Position numbers and translations under genes: made by a program. 64,000 bases of DNA, taken from NCBI GenBank assembly GCA_963815195.1, contig CAWFGE010000018.1, positions 128,001-192,000 on the forward strand, given 5' to 3'. The notes below the pieces were generated by a model. That model saw only the letters and a list, made by a program, of their open reading frames with translations. It was not told where the DNA came from and made no database searches. The DNA comes from an uncultured Planctomycetaceae bacterium. GTDB taxonomy: Bacteria; Planctomycetota; Planctomycetia; Planctomycetales; Planctomycetaceae. Numbering within the stretch: the first letter of the stretch is position 1; every line of letters begins with the position of its first letter. This document shows positions 38,945-49,591 of the stretch, in pieces.

Positions 38945-41900
38945 ATGCACGGGAACCAGGACGTTGCTGCGCACGCTTATGCAAAAACCAAAACTTCCTC
39001 GAACGGCACAACCACCAATGGTCAAGCTCGCATGAGGTCGCCCATGACCATCTCTCCCTACTTTTGCCCCACCGCCATCGATCCCTTCGACACCGTCGAA
39101 TGGGAACCCAGGACCGCTCAGATCAAAGACGAGACCGGCGGCTTGATCTTCGAGCAGACCAACTGCCAAATCCCCAAAACCTGGAGCGCCCTCGCCACCA
39201 ACGTCGTCGTCAGCAAATACTTCTACGGCGAACCGGGCACCAGCGAGCGCGAAACCAGCGTCCGCCAGGTGATTCACCGCGTGGCCCGCACCATCGCCGA
39301 CTGGGGCACCCAGGACGGCTACTTCGCCGGCCCCGAAGACGGCGAAAACTTTTACCGCGAACTCGCCTGGTTGTGCCTGCATCAGCACGGGGCGTTCAAC
39401 TCGCCGGTGTGGTTCAACGTCGGGCTGTTCCACGAATACGGCGTCCGAGGCAGCCAGGGCAATTACCACTGGGACACCGAAAAGAACGTAATCCACCGTC
39501 CCGAAACGCCCTACGAATATCCCCAAGGCTCCGCGTGCTTCATCCAGTCCGTGGACGACAACATGGAAGACATCATGCGGCTCGCCACCAGCGAAGCGAT
39601 GCTCTTCAAATACGGCTCCGGCACCGGGACCGACCTGTCGACCATCCGCAGCGCCCGCGAAAAACTCTCGGGCGGCGGCATCCCGTCGGGGCCTTTGTCC
39701 TTCATGCGGGTCTACGACCAGATCGCGGCCGTGGTCAAATCGGGCGGCAAGACCCGCCGGGCCGCGAAGATGCAGTCCCTCAAAGACTGGCATCCCGACA
39801 TTCTGGAGTTCATCCAGGCCAAGGCCAAGGAAGAAAAGAAAGCCCGCACGCTGATCGACAGCGGCGAATACGAAGCCAACTTCAACGGCGAAGCCTACAG
39901 CTCGATCATGTTCCAGAACGCGAACCTCTCCGTCCGCGTCAGCGACGAGTTCATGCAGGCCGTCGTCGACGGCAAGAAATGGCGGACCCACTGGGTCACC
40001 GATCCCAAGGAAGCCGGCCCGGAATACGACGCCGACTTCCTCTTGAAGGAAATGGCCAAGGGCACCTGGTACTGCGGCGACCCCGGCGTGCAATACGAAA
40101 CCACGATCAACAAATGGCACACCTGCAAAAATCGCGGTCCGATCAACGCGTCGAATCCCTGCTCGGAATACATGTTCCTCGACGACACCGCCTGCAATTT
40201 GGCGAGCATCAATTTGAAGAAGTGCATGAACGCCGACGGCAGGTTCAATGTCGAGCGGTTCCGGCGGGCGTGTGCGATCTTCATCACGGCCCAGGAGATT
40301 CTCGTCGATCATGCCAGCTATCCCACGCCCGCGATTGCCGAGAACAGCCATCGCTTCCGGCCGCTGGGCTTGGGTTACGCGAACCTGGGCAGCCTGTTGA
40401 TGTCGATGGGCATTCCCTACGACAGCGACGCCGGCCGCGGAATTTGCGGGGCGCTGACGGCGCTCCTCAACGGCCAGGGTTATCTGACTTCCAGCGAAAT
40501 CTCCGGCCAACTGGGGCCGTTCGCAGGCTTCGCCGAGAACCGCGAACCGATGCTGGACGTGATGCGAATGCACCAGGCCGCGGTCGAGCACATCGATCCC
40601 GCCTGCCCGGGTTACCTCCGAGAAGCGGCCCGCGAAGTGTGGGCGGAATGCGTCGACCAGTCCGGCGAGATCAACGGCTACCGCAACGCCCAAGCCACGG
40701 TGCTGGCTCCAACCGGCACGATCGCGTTCATGATGGACTGCGACACCACCGGCATCGAGCCGGACATTGCCCTCGTCAAGTACAAGCAACTCGCGGGCGG
40801 CGGGATGATGAAGATCGTCAACCGCACCGTGCCCAAGGCGCTCGAGACCTTGAACTACGATCGAATCGCAGATCGAGAAGATTCTGCAAGTTCATCGAAG
40901 AGCACGACACGATCGAAGGTGCGCCGGGACTGAAGGACGAGCATCTGCCCGTGTTCGATTGTGCCTTCAAACCGAAGAACGGCACGCGGACGATCGCCTG
41001 GAAAGCCCACATCACCATGATGGCCGCGGCCCAGCCGTTCTTGAGCGGGGCGATCTCCAAGACCGTCAACATGCCCGAGCATTCCACGGTCGAAGACATC
41101 GAGGAAGCCTATCTCGAAGGCTGGCGACTGGGCCTGAAGGCGCTCGCCATTTACCGCGACGGCTCCAAGCAAAGCCAACCGCTCGCCACCACCAAAGAAG
41201 GCGACCGCAAGAAAGGCCAGGAACTGGTCGTCGATTACGAATCGGCCCGCAAGATCGTCCGCAGGCGGCTGCCGGCGACTCGGCAATCGCTGACCCACAA
41301 ATTCTCCGTGGGCGGGCACGAAGGCTATATGACCGTGGGCCTGTTCGAGGACGGTTCGCCCGGCGAACTGTTCATCACGATGGCCAAGGAAGGCAGCACG
41401 ATCGGCGGGCTGATGGATGTCATCGGCACGCAGACCTCGATGGCCCTCCAATACGGCGTGCCTTTGGAAGTCCTCGTCAACAAGTTCGCCCACATGCGGT
41501 TCGAGCCGTCCGGCTGGACGAGCAATCCCGACATCCCCAACGCCAAGAGCGTGGTGGATTACATCTTCCGCTGGCTGGGGATTCAGTTCCTGCCCGGCTA
41601 CCGCGAAGCCAACACGCCCGAACCGCAACCTGGCCGCGGCGGAAGTTCCCGACACGCCCGAAGCCGTGAAGAAGCACGTCGAAGATTTCGTCGAACGCCA
41701 ACTCAACGGTTCCGCGAACGGCACCAACGGCCATGCGAACGGCAGCACCTCCAACGGCACTGCCCACCACAGCCGCGGCTCAACCGGCCGCCAGTTCCCA
41801 GGCCGCAACCGCGGTCGCCGACGGTCCCGCGGTGCGGAGCGAGCAGTTTGCCCGCTTCCAATCCGACGCCCCCGCCTGCGACAACTGCGGAGCGATCACC

Positions 41901-41960
41901 GTCCGCAACGGCAACTGCTATCTCTGCCACAACTGCGGCAACAGCATGGGCTGCAGTTAG
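38945..41960 (+). CDS. nrdJ: Class II (B12-dependent) ribonucleotide reductase; several frameshifts (~40861, ~40886, ~41620, ~41770)
   Basis: FNSPVWFNVG, PQGSACFI, GGKTRRAAKM, NASNPCSEY, TACNLASIN, LAPTGTI, SGAISKTVN, YRDGSK, TSCPD-like domain, and C-terminal CDNCG...CYLCHNCGNSMGCS, spread over successive frames. Confidence 0.93.
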
Positions 41961-42162
41961 AACTGAACTAGTACTGGAATAACCCGGTAGCCAGATTGCC
42001 CCGGTTGTGCTTCGTCATGGCCGGGGCGGTCTCTTTGGCGAGCGTCGCTCGGTGGACGATTCCGAGTTGGGTTGCGAAATCACTTGGCGAGCCGTACTTG
42101 GCTTGAACATTGCAATAGGTTTTGTTGAAATCCACGTCTTGAATGGTATCATTGAAGCTAAA

Positions 42163-42410
42163 TCATCGGTGTCCAAGGCAATTTCCGCCGCCGTCAAAAA
42201 GAGCGATATTCAAGAAGACGCGTGACCGCCCACACATTCTGGCATAGTTTCGCCACCCATTTGATCGAGGCCGGATACGACATCCGCACGGTCCAGGAAC
42301 TGCTTGGCCACAGCGACGTTAGAACGACGATGGTGTACACGCACGTATTGAACAAGGGCGGCCGAGGTGTTAAAAGCCCCGCCGATTTTGATGATTTTGT
42401 TTCCAGATAA
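42163..42410 (+). pseudogene. intI: Integron integrase C-terminal remnant
   Basis: [16 protein letters not shown] / frameshift / [55 protein letters not shown]; the HxxR Arg is replaced by Trp (TGG at 42240-42242); N-terminal part absent. Confidence 0.9.
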
Positions 42411-42421
42411 CATGTGCGCTC

Positions 42422-42458
42422 GTTATTCGGAATGGTTCTGAATAAACACTAGTTCGGC
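42422..42458 (+). other. Putative attI site
   Basis: TTATTCGGAA-tgg-TTCTGAATAA inverted repeat, then core GTTCGGC (42452-42458), complementary to GCCGAAC at the start of the first attC. Confidence 0.65.
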
Positions 42459-42474
42459 GGCAGAGGGGCCGGAG

Positions 42475-42876
42475 ATGGGTGCTACAACCTGTTGGGCGTA
42501 CACCTTCACATGCGACAAGAACCTTGCCGAAATGCTTGCGGTTCTCAACCGCGTCGGCCCCTGGACGTGGAGCCTGCGGGACCCGGACGGCGGCGATCTC
42601 TACCTGAGGACTACCCCGTTCAGTGCCCGGGTGCGGCTCTACATCCACGTGCAGGATCCACCAGTCGATGTCGGCGGCGGCCGCAGAACGTACTCGGGTC
42701 ACCTCCGGTACGACGGCCGGCTGCCCGCTGCGAACGCGAGGTACTCGGCCAAGCTCTGGGTCGATCAACCGGGGGAGGACGAGCGACAGCAGATGGACGA
42801 CCAGTTCCGCGCGGCGGTCGCCCACCTCGAAGTGCGTGACCTGGCGCCGTACACGGGACCATACGACCACCAGTGA
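42475..42876 (+). CDS. Integron gene cassette 1, hypothetical protein
   Basis: 133-aa ORF filling the space between the attI core and attC1. Confidence 0.7.
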   Translation: MGATTCWAYTFTCDKNLAEMLAVLNRVGPWTWSLRDPDGGDLYLRTTPFSARVRLYIHVQDPPVDVGGGRRTYSGHLRYDGRLPAANARYSAKLWVDQPGEDERQQMDDQFRAAVAHLEVRDLAPYTGPYDHQ

Positions 42877-42879
42877 CGG

Positions 42880-42976
42880 GCCGAACCATCCGCTGCAGCA
42901 GACCGCGGGGGCATAAAGCCGTTTCGAGACTCATAGCTCCCCGAGCCCCCGCGGCTGCTGAGCGGGGTCGTTAGGC
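42880..42976 (+). mobile_element. attC site 1
   Basis: GCCGAAC inverse core...CCGCT(G)CAGCAG(A)CCGCGGGGGC...GCCCCCGCGGCTGCTGAGCGG...GTTAGGC core; imperfect palindrome with extrahelical bases. Confidence 0.88.
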
Positions 42977-42987
42977 CGCTGAACACC

Positions 42988-43400
42988 ATGCGCACTGACT
43001 TCGACATTCGCCCAACGGTTGAGAAGCACAGCGCCGTTCCGATTGCGCGCCTCCGGGTGTTGCGGGGTTTCGACGAGGTTCACTTACCGGACATACGACG
43101 CGGCATCATTTTCGTTTTCGCGGCATGGAGTGGCGCGGCGGTCATGGGGCTTCAGCGGTTCACCAAGGTCATCCAGTCGCTCGACACTCGTTCTCTCGAG
43201 CCTCGTGGTTTTGGATACCGACTGCCTCACGGAGGATTCCGCCGCACAGCTTTTCGGTGTTCCGAGCTTCACCACGGGCGGCTGGGGCGAGGCGATTTGG
43301 ATTCGCGACGGTCATGTTTTCGCGCGTGCTTGCTCACACCGCGCCGGAGTCTTTGATTGAGCAGCACACGAGAGGATTACTCGATGACAACGCGGCCTAA
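42988..43400 (+). CDS. Integron gene cassette 2, thioredoxin-like fold protein without CxxC (two frameshifts)
   Basis: IIFVFAAWSGAA / LVVLDTD...GWGEAIWIRDGHV / LIEQHTRGLLDDNAA*; the TAA stop lies inside the attC2 inverse core, as is typical of cassettes. Confidence 0.6.
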
Positions 43401-43487
43401 CCAGGGGCGCTGCAGCGAACCCGGCATGGCGCCAGGGTTGGCAATCCACGCGTCCCGTGCGCGGGTCGCTGAGCTTTTACGTTCAGT
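43395..43487 (+). mobile_element. attC site 2
   Basis: GCCTAAC...GCT(G)CAGCGA(A)CCCG...CGGGTCGCTGAGC...GTTCAGT; GCGGCCTAAC (43392-43401) is the exact complement of GTTAGGCCGC (42970-42979). Confidence 0.85.
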
Positions 43488-43491
43488 AAGT

Positions 43492-43630
43492 GTAGGGCAG
43501 GCTCCTGCCTGCCTTCCTTTCTATGAGGGTTGCTGATTCGTCGAGTTCGCGCAATTGTTGGCCAGATCGCGCGACTTTTGTGATGCGGAATCTTCTCGAA
43601 GCTCGGAAGGCAGGCGGGAGCCTGCCCTAC
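43492..43630. repeat. GTAG-type REP inverted pair
   Basis: GTAGGGCAGGCTCCTGCCTGCCTTCC (43492-43517) and its reverse complement with 1 mismatch (43605-43630). Confidence 0.8.
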
Positions 43631-43669
43631 GGACTTTGGCGTAACCGGCGTGGTCTCTTTGATGGGCCG

Positions 43670-44275
43670 TCACTTGATTTCGCGGATTCGCAGGTTGCGG
43701 AACTCGAGCGGGGCGCCTTCGGCTTGGAAACCGATGTGGCCTTCCGCGGGAGTCAGCCCCGTCGCTTTCCACGCGAGCTCGCCGTTGCACCAGAAGGTGA
43801 CGGCTTCGCCCTCGACGAGCATGCGCGAATCGTTCCACTCTTCGGCCGGCTTTTGCAGGTCGGGCACGGCTTTGGCTCCGTCGAGTTTGCCCAGGAATTT
43901 TCCTTCGCTGCCTTTGGCGAGGTTGATCTGGTTCTTGCCCACGTCTTTTCCGCTGCGGATGTAAAACCCGCTGTTGTAGTTTTTGCGGAGCGCCCGCCAT
44001 TGGAATTTCATCTCGAAGTTCGCGTAGGATTTTTCGGTGCCCAGGTTCGGCTTCCCGCCGCCGGTCAAATGGATCACGCCGTCTTTGACCATCCAATTGG
44101 AAACCTTCTCCGGCGGCGTGCCCCCGGTGAACCGCCAGCCGCTGAAGTCTTTGCCGTTGAACATCGACACGAACCCCGCATCCTGTTCCTCCTGGCTTAA
44201 TTCCTCAGCGAACGCAGCGCCTCCCATCAACAAGACAAGACTCGCCGCCAGCCATTTCCAGAACGAATTGCGCAT
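43670..44275 (-). CDS. DUF1080 (3-keto-disaccharide hydrolase-like) secreted protein
   Basis: Signal peptide, GFVSMFNGKDFSGW, W.VKDGVI, NSGFYIR, EWN, GHIGFQ.EG...FRNLRI. Confidence 0.9.
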   Translation of the reverse strand: MRNSFWKWLAASLVLLMGGAAFAEELSQEEQDAGFVSMFNGKDFSGWRFTGGTPPEKVSNWMVKDGVIHLTGGGKPNLGTEKSYANFEMKFQWRALRKNYNSGFYIRSGKDVGKNQINLAKGSEGKFLGKLDGAKAVPDLQKPAEEWNDSRMLVEGEAVTFWCNGELAWKATGLTPAEGHIGFQAEGAPLEFRNLRIREIK

Positions 44276-44325
44276 GATGTTTCTCCCTGTGCGTTAGAAC
44301 GTGTGAAATGCAAATTCCGCCCAAG

Positions 44326-44405
44326 TGAGCGGCTGGCGCTAGCCGCCGGTCTTGGCTTCAAGGATCTCCATTTCGCGAAACCCGGAGGCTAGCGCCTATC
44401 GCTCA
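44326..44405 (+). mobile_element. ~80-bp MITE/REPIN-like element, copy B
   Basis: TGAGCGGCTGGCGCTAGCCGCCGGTCTTG...GAAACCCGGAGGCTAGCGCCTATCGCTCA. Confidence 0.7.
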
Positions 44406-44564
44406 CATTTTTGAAACGCAATTGTCCTTCGGACCGGCGGAAGAATCAAGAATCGCGGGTTCGGCGGAATTCGAGGGGTTGGTGGTTCTCATGCCGGCGG
44501 CTCGCGGTTTAAGATGTGAAACCGTTCTGGGCGTTTTTCAAAAACCAGGCAACAGCAGGCCGCG

Positions 44565-46599
44565 ATGATGGGGAATGTCAGCCGCAGGGATCTTTTGGCG
44601 GAATGGTTGGAGACCGATGGTCGGATGGGCTTCGCCAGCGGCACCGTCTCCGGGCGGCGGACGCGGCGGTATCATGGGCTGCTGTTGGTCCACACGCCCG
44701 CGGGGCGGGTGATGCTTGTGAACGGCGTGGACGTTTGGCTGGAAACGCCCGCCGGCACGTTCGGCCTCTCGACGCAGGAGTATCAAGAAAACGTCCTGCA
44801 TCCCCAAGGCGAAGATTTTCTGACCGCGTTTGAACTTTCGCCGTGGCCGACGTGGGAGTTTGAAACCCCGAGCGGCCATCGCGTCCGGCAGGAGTTTTTC
44901 ATTTCCCGCAAAGCCGCCGCGGTGATCCTGCGGTGGCGACTGCTGGGCGGCGACGGGCCTTGCCAACTGCACGTCAAGCCGCTGGTCTCCGGGCGGGATT
45001 ATCACGGGCTCCAGCACCGAAACGCCGCGTTCCGGTTCGATGCGGAGAGGAATGGAGACGCCGTTCGCTGGCGGCCTTATGCGGACCGCCCCGCGATCGT
45101 CGCCCGCTCGACCGCCCGCTACGAGCACCGCCCGGAGTGGTTCGCGCGGTTCTATTATGCGGTGGAAGCCGAGCGCGGTTTGGACGCGCTCGAAGACCTG
45201 GCGGTGCCGGGGGAGTTTCATTTTGAGGACCTTTCGCACGATGCGCTCCTGATGTTCGCGAGCGAAGCCGACGGCGGCCCGGCGGGGTTTTCTTCGAGAG
45301 CGCCGCTCGAGGCGTTGGTGCCGGACTGGGAAGACCTGGAACGGAAACGCCGCGAAGCGTTGGGCGGTCCGCTGGAACAGGCGGCGGACGCGTATCTGGT
45401 CCGGCGGGGGGAATCGCGGACGATCGTCGCGGGCTATCCGTGGTTCACGGATTGGGGGCGGGATACGTTTATTGCACTGCGCGGGATTGTGCATGGCGAC
45501 GGGGCGGTTGGATGTCGCGGAGGAGATTCTGGGCTCCTGGGGACTGGCGGTGTCCGAGGGCATGTTGCCCAACCGGTTTCCCGATCACGGCGAAGAGCCG
45601 GAATACAATTCCGTCGATGCCTCGCTGTGGTACGTGATCGCGGTCGGGGAATTCGTCGAGGAATGCCAGAAGCGGTCGCATGCTCTGCGGGCGGCGACCA
45701 AGTCGGCTTTCAAGTCCGCGATTTCGCAGATCCTCACCGGCTACCAGAGCGGCACGCGGTACAACATCCGCATGGACGACGACGGCCTGATCGCCGCGGG
45801 CGAACCGGGCATGCAATTGACCTGGATGGACGCCAAGGTCGATGGTTGGGTGGTCACGCCCCGCATCGGCAAGCCCGTGGAAATTCAGGCGCTGTGGATC
45901 AATGCCCTCGGCGTGGGATACGATTTGATTCCCGGCGGCGAGGAGTTGTTCGACCGGGCTTTCGGGTCGTTTCGCGCGAAGTTTTGGAACGCATCGCTCG
46001 GGTGTTTGTACGATGTGATCGATTGCGATCATCAGCCGGGCGTGGTGGACGATTCCATCCGCCCCAATCAGATTTTTGCCGCGGGCGGGCTGCCGCAATC
46101 GCTCGTTGACGACGACCAGACCCGCCGGATTGTGGACCTCGTGGAAGCCGAGTTATGGACGCCGTTGGGATTGCGGTCGCTGGCGCCCGGCGATGCGAAA
46201 TATCGCGGCCGATACGAAGGCGGGGTTTGGGAACGGGACGGGGCGTATCATCAGGGCACGGTGTGGTGCTGGCTGATCGGGCCGTTTGTCGAGGCCTGGG
46301 TTCGCGTGCGGGGCAACACGCCCGCAGCGCGACGCGAGGCCTGCGCGAGGTTTCTGCCGTCCTTGGAAGCGCACCTGCAATCGGCCGGGCTGGGGCATCT
46401 CTCGGAAATCGCCGACGGCGACCCGCCGCACACGCCCCGCGGCTGCCCGTTTCAAGCGTGGTCCCTGGGGGAATACCTCCGCATCACCCGCGAGGTGCTC
46501 GCGTGCGCCCATGACACCTACGCGCTGCGTCGTGGATTTCGACGTGGAACAATTAGCCGCAGGGCGCTAGCCCCGGTTTTCCTCATGAACCGGGGCTAG
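44565..46599 (+). CDS. Glycogen debranching enzyme (amylo-alpha-1,6-glucosidase), frameshift ~45485
   Basis: EWLETDG.MGFASGT, TRRYHGLL, AGYPWFTDWGRDTFI, then GMLPNRFPD, YNSVDASLW, LTWMDAK, IRPNQI, YHQGTVW, GCPFQAWS. Confidence 0.92.
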
Positions 46600-46615
46600 C
46601 GCCCTGCGGCTAATT
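46551..46615. repeat. Perfect 28-bp inverted REP-like repeat (ATTAGCCGCAG family)
   Basis: AATTAGCCGCAGGGCGCTAGCCCCGGTT-N9-AACCGGGGCTAGCGCCCTGCGGCTAATT; overlaps the stop codon of the debranching enzyme. Confidence 0.85.
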
Positions 46616-46798
46616 CTTTCCACCGGCGGCGAATCGTCCTGGTTCATCCGAACAGTCGCCATAACCGTTTTGGCCGAAAAAACTTTTCCCGACTTTTTGG
46701 CGGGAATCGGTGCGGAAAATATATCCGCGGCGAAAAGGCGCAACTATGCTATTGGCGTCGTCGACTCGGCGGGTATTTTCCAACAAGGCGGGATTATA

Positions 46799-49576
46799 AT
46801 GATTTTGAGCTTTCTGAAATCTTTGTTTGAGACCAGTTCGGTGGTGCGGTCCGATCGGCGGCATCGGCATTCAAGGCGGTTTGCCCATCGGCGGTCGGGG
46901 TTCGGGATCGCCGCGGAAGTATTTGAAGATCGGTGTCTGCTCTCAAACTATTTCTTGAGCGATGCCGTGTACCGCCCTTCGACGAATACCGTGTTCATCG
47001 ATCACAACTTCGACGGCGCGGCGGACGAATCGCGGGTTTACGGCGCGCCCGGCGACTTGTATACGTCGGGGGATTTCAACAACGACGGCCTTTCGGACAA
47101 CGCCGTGCTTCGCGGAGGCACGTGGTTTATCGATGTCACCCGCGACGCCGGGGCCGACTTCATCATCAACTTCGGACAGGCGGGCGACATCCCGCTGATC
47201 GGCGATGCCGACGGCGATGGACTCGCCAACCTGATCTTGTACCGCCCGTCCGACGGGACCTGGCGGATCGACGGAAACGGCAACGGGACCCTCAAGGCGA
47301 CTTCCACGTATGGCGGGCAGGCGGGCGACATTCCCGTCATCGGCGATTTGAACGGCGACGGCCGGCTGGACCGGGCGATCTATCGGCCCGGCGAAGGGAA
47401 CTGGCACGTCGATCTCGGATTCGACAGCCATTACGATTTTACGATCAACTTCGGCGGAGTGCCGGCGGATCGGCCCTTTGTTGCCGACGTGAACGACGAC
47501 GGCTTCGACGACATCGGCATTTTCCGAAACGGCATCAACTATGTCAGCACGTCGCGGAGCTCGGCGGTGACGAACGTGTATTTCTTCGGCTCGGCGGGCG
47601 ATCTTCCCGCGCCGGGCCACCGCAATGTGCGCGGGGTGATCCATTCCCTGCGGGCGAACCTGGGGATTTACCGGCCGTCGAACGGCCTCATCGTGCACGA
47701 GTTCACCGAAGCCGGCTACAGCACGCCCTCGCGGATCTATGGCGGCGCCGCGGTCGATCAGGTCGTCGTGGCGGACTTCAACGGCAACACCGTCACCGAC
47801 ACCGCCATCTTCCGCAACGGGATCTGGTATGTCGACTTCGACCGCAACGCCTCGGTCGATGCGGTGTACTTCTTCGGACAGGCCGGCGATAAAGCCGTCG
47901 CAGGCGACTTCAACAACGACGGCTTCGCGGACCTGGGCATCTACCGCGACGGCACGTGGTTCATCGACACCAACCGGGACGGCGGGGCGGACTTTGTTTC
48001 CAACTTCGGACAGGCCGGGGACACTCCGGTCATCGGCGACTTCAACAACGACGGCTTCCAGGACCGCGGGGTCTATCATCCCGCGGACGGCACTTGGTCC
48101 TTCGACTCGGCTTTCGGCGGCAGCGTGGTGAAGACCGTGACCTTCGGCGGCGAGGCAGGCGACAAGCCGTTCGCGTTCGACTTCAACGCCGACGGCCAGA
48201 CCGACATCGGCGTGTACCGCGACGGGCTGTGGTTCATCGACGACACGCTCCAAGGCAAAGTCTCCATCCTGTTCTTCTTCGGCGGAGCGGGCGACGTTCC
48301 GATTCCCGGCTTCTTCGATCCCGCGCATTCGGTCTTCGTGCGGGCCGGGTCCAACGGCAACGGCACGGAAGCGGCACCCTTCGGCTCGATCACGCAGGCC
48401 CTGGGCGTCGTCGGCAACGGCGGCTTCGTGCGGATCGCGCCGGGGAACTATGTCGAGAACCCCCGCGCTTTGAACCAGCATAACATCACGATCGTCGGAG
48501 CCAGCCGGTTCTACACCAACGTGATTCCGAGCGTCGGGAGCGCCTTCGCGGCCGACACCTCCACGAACATCTACCTCGAAGACTTGACGTTTGCAGCCCA
48601 GGATCCGTCCGTGGAAGCCGGACGGGGCCTTGTGGTGTTCCGCTCCAGCGTCTGGGCCAACGGGATCCGCACGTCCAACAACAAAAACGTGGGCGTGCTC
48701 TCCGCCGCTCCCGCCGGCCAGTTCTCTCAAGTCTCCATCCGCAACTCCGATCTCAACCTCAGCCAGTCCGGGGGCGGCTTCTACTCCCAAAGCAACAGCA
48801 TCGTGCAGCTCGACAATGTCCGCGCCGACCAGAACGGCACGGGCTCGGGAACGAGCGCGACACAGTTCGGGACCGGCATCGTTCTCTTGTCCGGAACGCT
48901 GGCGACGATCCGCAATTCGAGCGGCTCGTTCAACCGCGACCACGGCTTTATCGCCGAGGGCAGCGTCGACGTGCTTTTGGTCAATTCGCACATCGACAAT
49001 AATCCGAACAAGAACGGCGGCATCATCAACGGTCCGGTCCACTTCCAGATCATCGGCACATCGTTCAGCAACAACGGCGGAAACGTCGCCCGCGGTGCCG
49101 CCGGCTTCAACGGCCTGGAAATCGACACCGACGCCAACGGCAGCGGCCTGATCGCCGACTCCACGTTCAACAACAACTCGGCGTTCGGAATCTTCCAGGG
49201 CGCTGGCACGAACATCCTCATCACCGGCTCCCACTTCGGAGGCAACTTCGTGGGGGTCTTCGTCAACGGGTACTTCCAGGGCGGCTTCGTCACCGGCCAG
49301 TCCAACGTGACGATCGTGGCCAGCACCTTTACGCCCTTGAACTCGACGGTCCACGACGAAGGCGTGACGGCCCAAGGCTCGGGCGCCGTTGTCACGGTCG
49401 GCGGCGCGGGGAGCCTGAAGAACATCTTCGACGGCTTCACCGGCGACGATCAGCCGATCCACGCCATCACCAGTCCCGGCGGAGCCCCCTTGATGCAGCC
49501 CGGAAGCGACCTCGCCACCTTCGACGACGCCAACAGCTTCCCCAACACGACCGTGCCCCATTTCTCCACAACATGA
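46799..49576 (+). CDS. Secreted FG-GAP/VCBS-like repeat protein with C-terminal right-handed beta-helix
   Basis: AEVFEDRCLLS planctomycete extracellular motif; repeated FG.AGD.P..GD.N.DG units; VFV.AGS.GNGT.AAPF.SI..AL followed by Asn-rich parallel beta-helix repeats. Confidence 0.85.
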   Translation: MILSFLKSLFETSSVVRSDRRHRHSRRFAHRRSGFGIAAEVFEDRCLLSNYFLSDAVYRPSTNTVFIDHNFDGAADESRVYGAPGDLYTSGDFNNDGLSDNAVLRGGTWFIDVTRDAGADFIINFGQAGDIPLIGDADGDGLANLILYRPSDGTWRIDGNGNGTLKATSTYGGQAGDIPVIGDLNGDGRLDRAIYRPGEGNWHVDLGFDSHYDFTINFGGVPADRPFVADVNDDGFDDIGIFRNGINYVSTSRSSAVTNVYFFGSAGDLPAPGHRNVRGVIHSLRANLGIYRPSNGLIVHEFTEAGYSTPSRIYGGAAVDQVVVADFNGNTVTDTAIFRNGIWYVDFDRNASVDAVYFFGQAGDKAVAGDFNNDGFADLGIYRDGTWFIDTNRDGGADFVSNFGQAGDTPVIGDFNNDGFQDRGVYHPADGTWSFDSAFGGSVVKTVTFGGEAGDKPFAFDFNADGQTDIGVYRDGLWFIDDTLQGKVSILFFFGGAGDVPIPGFFDPAHSVFVRAGSNGNGTEAAPFGSITQALGVVGNGGFVRIAPGNYVENPRALNQHNITIVGASRFYTNVIPSVGSAFAADTSTNIYLEDLTFAAQDPSVEAGRGLVVFRSSVWANGIRTSNNKNVGVLSAAPAGQFSQVSIRNSDLNLSQSGGGFYSQSNSIVQLDNVRADQNGTGSGTSATQFGTGIVLLSGTLATIRNSSGSFNRDHGFIAEGSVDVLLVNSHIDNNPNKNGGIINGPVHFQIIGTSFSNNGGNVARGAAGFNGLEIDTDANGSGLIADSTFNNNSAFGIFQGAGTNILITGSHFGGNFVGVFVNGYFQGGFVTGQSNVTIVASTFTPLNSTVHDEGVTAQGSGAVVTVGGAGSLKNIFDGFTGDDQPIHAITSPGGAPLMQPGSDLATFDDANSFPNTTVPHFSTT

Positions 49577-49591
49577 AGAAGGGACCTGCGG

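Noticed and set aside
40855..41780. Programmed frameshifting, intein or split nrdJa/nrdJb
   Set aside because: Multiple shifts without slippery sites, no intein motifs, no new RBS/start; the same indel pattern occurs across the window.
42222..42410. Functional XerC/D recombinase or prophage integrase
   Set aside because: Fragment only; the [15 protein letters not shown] tail and adjacent attC sites indicate an integron integrase remnant, and no phage genes are nearby.
46943..49561. 872-aa antisense ORF, and similar long antisense ORFs opposite PL11, ppsA, nrdJ and the UnbV-like genes
   Set aside because: Expected by-product of GC-rich codon bias; no recognisable motifs, and the opposite strand carries a clear gene.
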